DNA of 64,000 bases from an uncultured Chloroflexia bacterium (GTDB lineage: Bacteria; Chloroflexota; Limnocylindria; Limnocylindrales; CSP1-4), in contig CAVVNQ010000008.1 of assembly GCA_963749705.1 (NCBI GenBank), positions 224,001 to 288,000 of the forward strand. The letters run 5' to 3'. The notes below the pieces were generated by a model, which saw only the letters and a program-made list of their open reading frames with translations, had not been told where the DNA came from and did no database searches. Positions 51,537-60,432 of the stretch are shown here, in pieces. Position numbers and translations under genes: made by a program. Each line of letters begins with the position of its first letter. The stretch's first letter is position 1.

Positions 51537-52187
51537 ATGGCGGTCGTGCCTGCTGCGCCCGAGCCCCTGACCACCGCCACGCTGGCGCTCGGTGCGGCGG
51601 AGCTGGCCGCTCGGGATCCGGCGCTGGGCGCCGTCGTCGACCGGTACGGGCTGCCGCCGATGTGGGCGCGCGACCCGGGCTTCCCGACGCTCGTCCACCT
51701 GATCCTCGAGCAGCAGGTCTCGCTCGCGTCCGCGCTCGCGGCGTTCGATCGCCTGCGCGTGGCCGCCGATCCACTGACGCCCGAGACGTTCCTCGCCCTC
51801 GACGACGCTGCGCTCCTGGCGATCGGGTTCAGCCGCCAGAAGGCACGCTACGGGCGGGCGCTTGCGACGGCGGTGCGCGACGGATCACTGGACCTTGACG
51901 GGCTGCCGGCGCTCGATGAAGCCGGCGTCGACCGGGCGCTGACGGCGGTGCCCGGGATCGGGCCCTGGACGGCGACGATCTACCGGCTGATGGTGCTCCT
52001 CCGGCCGGACGCGTGGCCGGTGCACGACATCGCGCTGGCCCAGGCGATCCGCGAAGTGCGTGGGCTGGAGGCTCGGCCGTCGCCCGATGAGATGCACGCG
52101 CTGGCCGAGGGCTGGCGACCGTGGCGAGCCGTCGCGGCGCGGATCCTGTGGCACCACTACCTGTCGAGCCGGGGGCGGCCGGGCTGA
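51537..52187 (+). CDS. DNA-3-methyladenine glycosylase II (AlkA/HhH-GPD family)
   Basis: ILEQQVS, GFSRQKARY, GIGPWTA, WRPWRAVA. Confidence 0.9.
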   Translation: MAVVPAAPEPLTTATLALGAAELAARDPALGAVVDRYGLPPMWARDPGFPTLVHLILEQQVSLASALAAFDRLRVAADPLTPETFLALDDAALLAIGFSRQKARYGRALATAVRDGSLDLDGLPALDEAGVDRALTAVPGIGPWTATIYRLMVLLRPDAWPVHDIALAQAIREVRGLEARPSPDEMHALAEGWRPWRAVAARILWHHYLSSRGRPG

Positions 52188-52297
52188 GGCAGGCTCGATC
52201 AATCGCGCCGGGCCGGGTGTCCGTTGCACTCAGCGGTGGCGAGGTGCATGCTCTGAATGCATCCGGCCCCGTGCCGATCCCCGTCCAGCGGTGAACC

Positions 52298-52489
52298 GTG
52301 CCCCCTTCCAGGAACCAGCGGCTCGAAGCCTTGCCCAACGTCCTCCGCAACCAGACGGTTCCTAACCGGCTCGGCGGGCGCGGCCCCGATGCCCGGTCGG
52401 TGGCGCGAGTGTCGATTCCGGTCCGCAGGGTCATCGCCATCGCCATCGGGCTGATCGCGGTCGTCGCCCTCATCGTCGGGCGCGCGTGA
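52298..52489 (+). CDS. small membrane protein
   Basis: C-terminal TM; stop overlaps next start. Confidence 0.5.
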   Translation: MPPSRNQRLEALPNVLRNQTVPNRLGGRGPDARSVARVSIPVRRVIAIAIGLIAVVALIVGRA

Positions 52490-52746
52490 TGGCGAAGACG
52501 GGATCGGCTTCAACACCGGCACGGCGCTACCGCCCGCGCCGGCTCGAGCTCCCCGATGGCGAGCTCCTCGTGCTCCGCGGAGACGGCGTGATCGAGCATC
52601 GGGATGCGGCTGGAGCTGTTGCGCAGAGCTGGAGCCCAGAGGATCCTGAGTGGCCGCAGCGAGCCCTCCGGTTCGGGATCCACGCCGCCCCGCGGACGGT
52701 CAAGCCCAGTGGCCGCGACGCCTTCGACACGAAGCCGCCCGGGTAG
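52486..52746 (+). CDS. hypothetical protein
   Basis: Protein-like composition; coupled to upstream ORF. Confidence 0.6.
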   Translation: MMAKTGSASTPARRYRPRRLELPDGELLVLRGDGVIEHRDAAGAVAQSWSPEDPEWPQRALRFGIHAAPRTVKPSGRDAFDTKPPG

Positions 52747-52901
52747 GATGCGGCCGCTTCGTCTCGTTACCCATTGCCTTGGAGCCGTCCGTTCCCCGGC
52801 TCGCGGTGGACGACGGCAGGAGACGGCACCTCGCGGGGCAGGAAGGCCAGAATGAGGCGATGGGCTTCCCTCCTCGCCACCAACTGACCGAGGGCGTCTG
52901 A

Positions 52902-53342
52902 ATGAACGTCTCGCCGTGGTGTCACGCGAGATTCCCCGCGGCCGGAGTCCTCGCTCTCGTCCTCGCCGGGTGCGGGACCCTGTCGAGTTCACCGTCGCCT
53001 GACCCTTCGTCGGCGTGTGCATCAGCCGGATGCTCGGTGGCGATCCGAACGGAGCCGGCTCCTGGCGGCCCGAATTCCATCTGCGAAGCCGCATTCATTG
53101 GCGGCGTCCTCGCTGCCGACCCCACCGATGGACTGGGCCTGCGGGGGGAAACGCACGGAGTGGCCAGCGTGGTATGGCCCTTCGGCTATGCCGCCCGCCG
53201 CGAATCCAGCGGGATCGTGCTCCTGGATCGCTCGGGTCAAGTGGTGGCCCGAGAGGGTGACACCGTCGCGATGGTGGGTGCCTGGGGGGACGACGGGATG
53301 GCATACCCGTGCGATCAGCCGGACCTGAAGGTCGCTCGCTGA
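52902..53342 (+). CDS. lipoprotein (orphan)
   Basis: Lipobox LAGC; VVWPFGY..LLDRSGQVVAREGD. Confidence 0.75.
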   Translation: MNVSPWCHARFPAAGVLALVLAGCGTLSSSPSPDPSSACASAGCSVAIRTEPAPGGPNSICEAAFIGGVLAADPTDGLGLRGETHGVASVVWPFGYAARRESSGIVLLDRSGQVVAREGDTVAMVGAWGDDGMAYPCDQPDLKVAR

Positions 53343-53431
53343 CGCGGGCGACGGCGGACCTCGCTCAGGGGGCCTTTCCTGCTAGCCCAGGACGACGACG
53401 CTCCTTCGGCCTCGATCCGCACAGAAGAGTT

Positions 53432-53459
53432 CAGACGTCATTGGGCGAAGACATTGCGA
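53432..53459 (+). repeat. 28-bp cassette-boundary site, copy 1
   Basis: CAGACGTCATT-GGGCGA-AGACATTGCGA. Confidence 0.65.
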
Positions 53460-53641
53460 GTTGGGCGCGCCGTCGCGCCCACGGTTGGAGCCGCCCTGGC
53501 CCTCGACCCGTGTGAGTTCCGTCGCCTCTACCTGAGCCCGACCGGGGGTTTGCGTAAAGTAGGGTCCCGCTGGTCGCACCACCGAGGCTCTTGACTCAGA
53601 GACTCTGAACGCCGGTGATGGTCAGGAAGGGGGGACGGGAC

Positions 53642-54445
53642 GTGGGAACGAGGCTTCCGGGGCTGGCCAGCCTCGCGACGGCTGCCACCTCCGTGTTCAT
53701 CGCACTGGTTGCCGGCTGCTCGACCGGCGTGGCCAGCCCGACCATCCCCGGCAAGGAGCCCTACACGCAGGAGCCGCCGACGCCGACCCTCAGCGTCCCC
53801 AGCCCGACCATCCCCGGCAAGGAGCCCTACACGCAGGAGCCGCCGACCCCGACCTTGAGCGTGCTCGCAACGGTGGCTCCGTCGGGCCATGGCCGGCCGT
53901 ACACCGCAGCCGACATGGCGGCCCTTCTGGGCGCCGCGGCCGCGAGACCATCGGGCTTCGCGAGCGAGCTCAACACGCCGCAGCTCCTGGACACCATGGC
54001 CGGCGTGCTCGCCGACGACGTCTACTCCTATGACGGTACGCCCTACCAGCGAGTCGTCATCACGGCTCGCTGCGATGGGCCGCCCGTCGAACAATGCAAC
54101 GTGTTCCTTGAAGGCATACCGGCGTTCACCGACGATCCCCATGCCCAGGACGGGTACACCTGGACGGTCGACCTGGCAACCGAACGGGTCACCATGACCA
54201 GCTATGGGCTGAGCGGATATCCCGCCGCCCTGACCGCGGGCCTCGACGCGCTGGCGCGTTCCCTCGATGTCGACAGTCGGTACAGGGACCGATACCTCGT
54301 CCAGGTCGCATGGGAGCTGGCGCCCCCAGACGACGCCTACGTGCTGCGCTACAGCAACGGCCTCGGGGAGGGCGACCTGGTGTTCTGGGTCACGATCGAT
54401 CGGACCGCCCGGCGCATCGTATCGATCAGGGAGGCGCCCGGCTGA
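53642..54445 (+). CDS. lipoprotein (orphan) with internal duplication
   Basis: Lipobox VAGC; start could be 53615/53618. Confidence 0.75.
   Translation: MGTRLPGLASLATAATSVFIALVAGCSTGVASPTIPGKEPYTQEPPTPTLSVPSPTIPGKEPYTQEPPTPTLSVLATVAPSGHGRPYTAADMAALLGAAAARPSGFASELNTPQLLDTMAGVLADDVYSYDGTPYQRVVITARCDGPPVEQCNVFLEGIPAFTDDPHAQDGYTWTVDLATERVTMTSYGLSGYPAALTAGLDALARSLDVDSRYRDRYLVQVAWELAPPDDAYVLRYSNGLGEGDLVFWVTIDRTARRIVSIREAPG
53735..53866 (+). repeat. 66-bp tandem duplication (SPTIPGKEPYTQEPPTPTLSV x2)
   Basis: Near-identical copies start at 53735 and 53801. Confidence 0.9.
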
Positions 54446-54556
54446 CGCCTCGATCAGTTCTGCGCTGCCGAGCGCTGGCCAGGGTGGGAGCCGGCCAAGC
54501 GCACCCAGAACGCCAAGCACAGGCGGGCGTCGTCCAACCGGAAGCCGCCGCGAGGA

Positions 54557-55030
54557 TCAGCCGGATGCACCCGCGGTCGGCGCGCCGAGTCCGGGCGGTG
54601 GGGTCGCCACGAAGCACCGAGCCGGGAGGCCTGCCTGGGCGACGCGTAGCTGCTCAGAGGCCGTCGCGAGTTCCTCATCTGTGATCCCGTAAGTGCTGGC
54701 ATAGGCGGGGAGCAGCGCGTTGGCGGCCTGTCCGATGTGAAGGTAGGCCCGGAGCAGCGCCTGCCAGGTGCCGCCCTGCCTGACGTCGCTCGACGTGATC
54801 GTCTGGAGGACGTCATGCCCCTGCTTCGCGAGCGCGGCCGCCTCGCTGGCGAGCTGCCGTGCGGATGCCTTGTCCCCGCTGGCGTCCTTCGCGGCCGCCC
54901 CCTCGACAAGCGTCTTGGCTGCGGAGAGACTCCCCGCCACCCCGCACGTCGTGGCATCAGCCGCCGCCCCGAAAGCGGAACAGGCGGCTACAAGCGAATA
55001 CGCCAGGACGATGGTCAGGGCGATCCTCAT
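54557..55030 (-). CDS. lipoprotein (orphan, helical)
   Basis: Lipobox VAAC; TTGACC-N17-GATTGT immediately upstream (possibly leaderless). Confidence 0.75.
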   Translation of the reverse strand: MRIALTIVLAYSLVAACSAFGAAADATTCGVAGSLSAAKTLVEGAAAKDASGDKASARQLASEAAALAKQGHDVLQTITSSDVRQGGTWQALLRAYLHIGQAANALLPAYASTYGITDEELATASEQLRVAQAGLPARCFVATPPPGLGAPTAGASG

Positions 55031-55275
55031 GGCGTGACAATCGCGGAAGCTGTTGGCCGGGTCAAGAGTCCGGGGTCAGTCGGTCGAGATCCTGTTATGA
55101 GGAAACCCCCACCAGACGCGTTGCCCCGCAAACCCCCTCAGGTGCGCCTACGTTCACGCCGATTCCCCACGCCGATTGCATTGGCGAACGCATCGCGATG
55201 GGGACGCCCAGTTGCGTCGCCAGCCCGGACTTCCGACGCATGTGACGGCATCGCTTCGAGACTACAGTGACGTCG

Positions 55276-55443
55276 ATGCGACGACTTCTCGTTCGACTTG
55301 AACAGGCTGACGACCTCACTCGGGTCGGACTTCTACTGGTGTTACTGGTCCTGCTGGTCGTGGTGCTCGCACTTTCCAGCGGCCCGCCGCCAATCCTTGG
55401 TGGCGTCAGCACCGGGGTTGATCTGCCGACGCCTCAACGCTAA
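55276..55443 (+). CDS. 55-aa single-TM peptide
   Basis: MRRLLVRLEQADDLTRVGLLLVLLVLLVVVLAL...; below ORF-track cutoff; stop 11 bp before site copy 2. Confidence 0.5.
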   Translation: MRRLLVRLEQADDLTRVGLLLVLLVLLVVVLALSSGPPPILGGVSTGVDLPTPQR

Positions 55444-55454
55444 GCCTCAGCGGA

Positions 55455-55482
55455 CGGGTGACATTGCCGACACACACTGCGA
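55455..55482 (+). repeat. 28-bp cassette-boundary site, copy 2
   Basis: CGGGTGACATT-GCCGAC-ACACACTGCGA. Confidence 0.85.
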
Positions 55483-55499
55483 CGACGCGGTGGCGTACC

Positions 55500-56111
55500 T
55501 CACCCTGGTGGCCATGACGGGAGGGGGAGGTACCCGTCGCGGCTGACCTCGTCGACTGTAATGCTGAACAGCGCCCGATCAGGGTCGTTCACGTAATGAC
55601 GGTCATCGCCATTCCCGATCATGAGACCGACCCCTCGCTGATCGAGGACCATCCAGAGGCGCCGCACCCGCTCACCGTCGTCATGCCAGCGCAGCGCCTC
55701 GACAACGCAGTGATCCGGCAGGCCGCCGTTGTATGACGGGCAGTCGTCGGCGACGACCGGGCCGCACGGGCTATCCATTGCGGCGGGCGGGAACGAGTCC
55801 TGGCACCCATCGAGCGACAGGACTCGCGGTCGAACGATGAACCCCGCCGCCTCGGCGATCCCTTTCGCGACTGGGTAGCCGTCGAGGGGATCGGCGTCGA
55901 CGAAATAGCTTCGAGTGGCCCGGGCTTTGATCAGGAACCCGCCGTCGATCACCTCGGTTTCGACCGGCTCCCACGACGCAGGCACCGCAAGCGCATCCAG
56001 CGTCGGCAGCAGGCGGTCGCCGTCCGAGGGCCACAGCGCGCAGGTGGCCGGGACCACGACGACGAGCGCCAGCAAGGCGGCGAGCGACGAGATGACTCGG
56101 CGGCCCATCAC
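55500..56111 (-). CDS. secreted/membrane-anchored Cys-containing orphan protein
   Basis: N-terminal hydrophobic helix; stop 17 bp from site copy 2. Confidence 0.65.
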   Translation of the reverse strand: MMGRRVISSLAALLALVVVVPATCALWPSDGDRLLPTLDALAVPASWEPVETEVIDGGFLIKARATRSYFVDADPLDGYPVAKGIAEAAGFIVRPRVLSLDGCQDSFPPAAMDSPCGPVVADDCPSYNGGLPDHCVVEALRWHDDGERVRRLWMVLDQRGVGLMIGNGDDRHYVNDPDRALFSITVDEVSRDGYLPLPSWPPG

Positions 56112-56204
56112 CTCAAGTATGGAATACCGGCACTCCGGCGACCATGTGACCGGGTGACAAGCAGGGACAGGCGGCCCGGCGGGTCGTTCCGTCGTCCGCT
56201 CTCG

Positions 56205-56942
56205 TCAGACGTTGATCCGATCGCTGTCGAAGGCGATGCGATCGGCGACGCCGACGGGCCAGACCTCGAGGAGGCTCTCCGCGCGCAACGCCTGGACCAG
56301 CATCGCCGAGCCGCCGACGCAGGTGAAGTCGAGGTCAGGGTCCGAGGCCACGAACCAGGCCCGGTCCGCCGGCCAGATGAGGCTTGGCGGCTCGGCTGAA
56401 CGGGTGCCCTCGTCAGATGACCAGCCCAGGTCACGGGCCAGCGTCAGCGGACCTCGGCGGATGAGGTAGCTGCGCTGCTCAAGGTCGAGCACTTCGGGCC
56501 CGGCCCATGCCTCGACCGGCCAGCCGTAGCCGTCCCATACCCCGATGAAACAGTCGCCGGGTGTCGTCGTGTGGGCTGTGAGCACCCCGAACAGGGCCTC
56601 GAGACCTTGCGGGTCGAGGCCGTCCCTGTCGGGCGGTGCCGCGAAGGGCGGTGCCCCGTGGGCCGTCGTCACCGGGGCAGCCACCGACTCCCACTGCGCC
56701 AGCGGGTGCATCGTGCGCTCCGACCAGGCAGCGACGGTTTCCCATCGAACGCGCGCGTCCTTCCACCGCGATCCCCACGCCGGGTGGAGGATGCGGGCAT
56801 AGGCCTCGAAGACGACCGGGACGAGCGACCCGACCACGTACTCGCCAAACGGCCGCCGGTGCTCTGCGATCCAGCCGGCGTCCGCTGCCGGCATCCTGGG
56901 GCGCCGGTCGGGTTTCTGGCGCGTTCGGAGGTGGAACCTCAT
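56205..56942 (-). CDS. conserved hypothetical protein
   Basis: VGSLVP..FEAYARILHP, GVWDGYG, PSLIWPADRAWFVASDPD..VGGS. Confidence 0.75.
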   Translation of the reverse strand: MRFHLRTRQKPDRRPRMPAADAGWIAEHRRPFGEYVVGSLVPVVFEAYARILHPAWGSRWKDARVRWETVAAWSERTMHPLAQWESVAAPVTTAHGAPPFAAPPDRDGLDPQGLEALFGVLTAHTTTPGDCFIGVWDGYGWPVEAWAGPEVLDLEQRSYLIRRGPLTLARDLGWSSDEGTRSAEPPSLIWPADRAWFVASDPDLDFTCVGGSAMLVQALRAESLLEVWPVGVADRIAFDSDRINV

Positions 56943-57101
56943 CGGGCAATTGTGCCGCGCCTTCAGACCCGCACGCTTCCTGTGTCCCAACGCAATCCGC
57001 ACGTCCTGCCGGCCTCAGCCGATCCTGAATCGCCATTGAGCCCTTGACGGCGGGTGCGGCCGGGGAGACGCTGTGTGGGCGTCCAATTGCTGGGGGGCGA
57101 C

Positions 57102-57497
57102 ATGCGCCGCTCATGGTTGCTGCTCGTGCCGACGCTGATCGCAGGCTGCGCGAACGCCGCGCCCATGGACATCTCCTGCCAGCCATACGGCCACAGCCCT
57201 GCGCCGATCACCTTCTCCTTCACACCGGGTCCGGTCACGGCGTCGGTGGCCGAGCAGACCGCCGTGGCGCTGTTCGAGTCCTGCGGCTCGCTGGACCCGA
57301 CCCTCACGATCACCGACCTCACCTCCACCGTCCGCGCCGCAGCCGGGGCTCCCGGTCCGAACGCCGGACAGGACGTGTGGCTGGTGAAGGTGGATGCGAC
57401 AGTGGCCGACTCAGTGTCTGGAGCAACCTACCCGTCGCACTTCCTGATCGAGGTGAACCAATCGACGGGCTTCCCAACCATCGTCGGCTACGGCTGA
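57102..57497 (+). CDS. lipoprotein (orphan)
   Basis: Lipobox IAGC. Confidence 0.75.
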   Translation: MRRSWLLLVPTLIAGCANAAPMDISCQPYGHSPAPITFSFTPGPVTASVAEQTAVALFESCGSLDPTLTITDLTSTVRAAAGAPGPNAGQDVWLVKVDATVADSVSGATYPSHFLIEVNQSTGFPTIVGYG

Positions 57498-57548
57498 GAG
57501 CACCTAGGTTGAAACATCGCTTCGCCACAACTGCGTCGTGTCGCTGAC

Positions 57549-57959
57549 ATGTGGACGCAGGTTCGGCACAGCCTGCTCGCTGGCGGCGTCGCCCTGCTCG
57601 TCGCTGCGTGCGCAGGACCGAGATTCAGCCCGCCGCCGGACGCGGCCGGTCCCGACGTCGTCTTGCGCGCCTATCTGCAAGCCCTGGTGGCCGGCGACTG
57701 CTCGGCTGGTCAGGTTCTCGGCACTTCGACGTTCGGTTTCGGCGGCGGTGAGCTTTGCGGACATACCACGGTGAGCAGCTTCAGCATCGATGGCCTGCCG
57801 GCGACGCCGAACGGCTCTGAGGTCGTCTTCTCCACGACCCTCGAGACCAGCGGTACTGCCGACGGCACCGTCCGGCCTGGCGGAATGACCTGGTTCTACG
57901 ACCTCAAGCGTCAGCCGACCGGTGCGTGGCGAATTGCAGGGGGTGGCTCCGGTCCCTGA
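57549..57959 (+). CDS. lipoprotein (NTF2/DUF4829-like fold possible)
   Basis: Lipobox VAAC; PDVVLRAYLQAL..WFYDLKR..WRIAGGGSG. Confidence 0.75.
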   Translation: MWTQVRHSLLAGGVALLVAACAGPRFSPPPDAAGPDVVLRAYLQALVAGDCSAGQVLGTSTFGFGGGELCGHTTVSSFSIDGLPATPNGSEVVFSTTLETSGTADGTVRPGGMTWFYDLKRQPTGAWRIAGGGSGP

Positions 57960-57975
57960 TCGGCCTGGTCGGGCC

Positions 57976-58003
57976 GTGATGACAATCCCGACACACATGG
58001 CGA
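57976..58003 (+). repeat. 28-bp cassette-boundary site, copy 3
   Basis: GTGATGACAAT-CCCGAC-ACACATGGCGA. Confidence 0.8.
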
Positions 58004-58070
58004 AGCGACGGCGACGTTCCAGGGGCCGAGGGCGCGGTCACAGCTCCCGGCCAGGTGCCAGACTGTGGCG

Positions 58071-58436
58071 ATGGACAGCCCACGCCCCATGCGCCACCTG
58101 CAGACCGCCGACCTGGCCTGGTTCGACCTCGACCCGGCTTGGCTTGTGACCCTCGCGGCTGCGAATGAGGACCGCCTGCCTGGGCTCGCCGAGCGCCTCG
58201 CCACTTGCCACCGAGCCGCCTGGCAGTGCGATTCGTACCTCGTGCTCCGGGTAGTCTTTCCGGGGCCAGGGATGGATACGGTTGTGCTCGACGACGGGGA
58301 CGCGGAAGAGTTCGCGATCGACCTAGACCGGAGCGGCGATCCCGTCGGGGTTGAGTTCCTCCATCGGCTGCCCTGCCGGTCGGACGGCGCATCCGGACGC
58401 GTCCGCGACCTGATCGGGCGACTCCGCAGCAGGTGA
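58071..58436 (+). CDS. hypothetical protein, DUF2283-like C-terminal motif
   Basis: IDLDRSGDPVGVEFL; TGA lies inside site copy 4. Confidence 0.6.
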   Translation: MDSPRPMRHLQTADLAWFDLDPAWLVTLAAANEDRLPGLAERLATCHRAAWQCDSYLVLRVVFPGPGMDTVVLDDGDAEEFAIDLDRSGDPVGVEFLHRLPCRSDGASGRVRDLIGRLRSR

Positions 58437-58457
58437 CATTCCAGGCACACATTGCGC
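58430..58457 (+). repeat. 28-bp cassette-boundary site, copy 4
   Basis: CAGGTGACATT-CCAGGC-ACACATTGCGC. Confidence 0.88.
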
Positions 58458-58483
58458 ACCTCGCGTATCGCGCTGGCCCCCTG

Positions 58484-58894
58484 ATGTTCTGCCGACGCCG
58501 ACGTCCGACCTTTCTCCATCCAACGCGCGATCTCAGGGCGATCCTCGGGGCCGCGATGGCGAGTGCCGGATCGGATGCGACCGACAGCCTCGACCTCCTC
58601 ACGGCTGCCGTCGGCTCGGGTGCCCTCGCGGACGCGATGCGGCGACTTGGGGTCGACCCGGCAGTGGTTGTGGCCTCGGCCGAGCGGGCGCGGCTCACTC
58701 GCCAGCCGAGCCCGGGCCTGACCGACGATGCAAGAAGAATCGTGGAGACGGTGTCGCATCTGGCGCTCGAAGGTCGCCGTGATCCGTCGGGTCCTGACCT
58801 CCTTGTCGCGCTCGCAACAACGGACACCCCGGCGCGGGCCGTGCTGAACTCCTTGGGTATCGACGAGACACGGCTACGAACGCTCAGCGGTTGA
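58484..58894 (+). CDS. stand-alone Clp N-terminal repeat domain protein
   Basis: LTDDARRIVE..DLLVAL..ARAVLNSLGID..LR, with a similar upstream repeat; TGA inside site copy 5. Confidence 0.7.
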   Translation: MFCRRRRPTFLHPTRDLRAILGAAMASAGSDATDSLDLLTAAVGSGALADAMRRLGVDPAVVVASAERARLTRQPSPGLTDDARRIVETVSHLALEGRRDPSGPDLLVALATTDTPARAVLNSLGIDETRLRTLSG

Positions 58895-58915
58895 CGTTCC
58901 GCGCACACATTGCGA
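58888..58915 (+). repeat. 28-bp cassette-boundary site, copy 5
   Basis: CGGTTGACGTT-CCGCGC-ACACATTGCGA. Confidence 0.88.
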
Positions 58916-58920
58916 GGCGA

Positions 58921-59388
58921 CTATCCTCTGGACTGCCCGCCCAGGCCGACAGTTCGGATGGAGTAGACGACCCAGACTCCGGTGGAGATGGCGGTGATCG
59001 CGAACGCGACGCGGATCCCGGGGAATGGAACAACCAGGGCGAGGAGAGGATCCAGCAACGCGACAACCGCATAGGCGATCACCGGCGCCAGGAACGTCGA
59101 TCCGATCACCACCCGGTCGCCATATGTCGACTGCAGCCGCAGCCGCTCCAGTTGATCGGTCGGCTGAGGTTGTCCCTGCTGTCGGCCCGCAGGTGACTGC
59201 TGGTACCTGGCCACGAACCGTGACCATGAGTCGGCGGGTGTGACACGAGGCGGGATGCGCCCCGCCTCGACCAGCGCCTGCTCGAATCGGTGGAACAAGA
59301 CGTTGCGGATTGCGACGCCCAGCCCGACCACCTCGATGGCAACCAGGAACACGCCGATCATGTAGCTAAATCCGTCCGTCAGCTCCAT
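58921..59388 (-). CDS. three-TM orphan membrane protein
   Basis: MELTDGFSYMIGVFLV...; fits between site copies 5 and 6. Confidence 0.65.
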   Translation of the reverse strand: MELTDGFSYMIGVFLVAIEVVGLGVAIRNVLFHRFEQALVEAGRIPPRVTPADSWSRFVARYQQSPAGRQQGQPQPTDQLERLRLQSTYGDRVVIGSTFLAPVIAYAVVALLDPLLALVVPFPGIRVAFAITAISTGVWVVYSIRTVGLGGQSRG

Positions 59389-59480
59389 GACCTTAGTATT
59401 CCGCGCGGTCCGACCTCTTGGACCTGGCACGCTCGCTGGCGCGAAGATTGGTTCGCCAAGTCCGGTCCGAGATCCCCAAG

Positions 59481-59508
59481 CAGATGACATTCGCGGCACA
59501 CATTGCGA
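59481..59508 (+). repeat. 28-bp cassette-boundary site, copy 6
   Basis: CAGATGACATT-CGCGGC-ACACATTGCGA. Confidence 0.9.
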
Positions 59509-59690
59509 TGACGACGTGACAGGTCTCGGTGCCGCAACTGCGGGTGACGTGCGTGGCGGACCGGCCCGCGATCCTGCCGAACGGCCCGTTGCGTCGTGCT
59601 CTGCCCCGCACTCATGATCGGAGTCACGGCACATGAGCGGGGATGTCATGAAGCGACGGACCCTCTGTCCGATGGCGATAGCCGAGTAGC

Positions 59691-59882
59691 GTGAGACCCG
59701 CTGTGAGATCGCTCAACAGCCGCTCGGTCAGTGCCCGGTGGGACGTGCCACCGGACGCGGTCGCGGCCGCGATCAGGCGCGCGATCGCCGACGAGCGCTA
59801 CGAGGACGCGGGGCATCCCACCGGGTCGCTGTGGCTCGTGCCGCAGGTCGAGGCCGTCCTCGAGCGAGTCGGCACCCCGTGA
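59691..59882 (+). CDS. short ORF or gene fragment
   Basis: Protein-like C-terminal part only. Confidence 0.3.
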   Translation: MRPAVRSLNSRSVSARWDVPPDAVAAAIRRAIADERYEDAGHPTGSLWLVPQVEAVLERVGTP

Positions 59883-60037
59883 AGGTGTGACCTCCAGACG
59901 CTCGCGAACGACGTCGGAAGGTGCTGAACGTCAGGCGTCATTCGCTCGTGCTATGCGAGATTGCCCGTGCGTACTATCGGACCGTGAGCCTCCAGGACAA
60001 TGTGGGGCGGGTGCGATCTGATCGAGGAGGAGGAGCG

Positions 60038-60337
60038 ATGGTGCGCCGGAAGGAGACTGGTGCCGAGTACATCGAGCGCCACGCGCTCGTGATCCCGCTG
60101 ATCCTCGGCGACATGATCGAGCACCTCGGAGCCGCAACCCAAGCGTGGACCCAAGCCGTCGAGGCCGCCCGCAGCGGTGACCTCGACCGAGCCCTGAAGG
60201 AAGTCGTAGATGTCGAGATCGGCGTCGACGTCCCACTCCGGGTCGGCCGCGCCGAGATCCGATCGATGATGGAACGCGCCGGCAACCTCCTCGACTCGGA
60301 ACTCCCGGACGACGACGGGGATCTCCAGACCGGATGA
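60038..60337 (+). CDS. small helical orphan protein
   Basis: GAGGAGGAGGAG RBS; TGA inside site copy 7. Confidence 0.7.
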   Translation: MVRRKETGAEYIERHALVIPLILGDMIEHLGAATQAWTQAVEAARSGDLDRALKEVVDVEIGVDVPLRVGRAEIRSMMERAGNLLDSELPDDDGDLQTG

Positions 60338-60358
60338 CATTCCCGCGACACATTGCGA
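60331..60358 (+). repeat. 28-bp cassette-boundary site, copy 7
   Basis: CGGATGACATT-CCCGCG-ACACATTGCGA. Confidence 0.9.
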
Positions 60359-60432
60359 TGGGACTGGCACCCTCTGCCGTGGCGCGGGCCACACACTTAG
60401 CGGGGCACCATCCGAACTGCTAGGGTGCGAAC

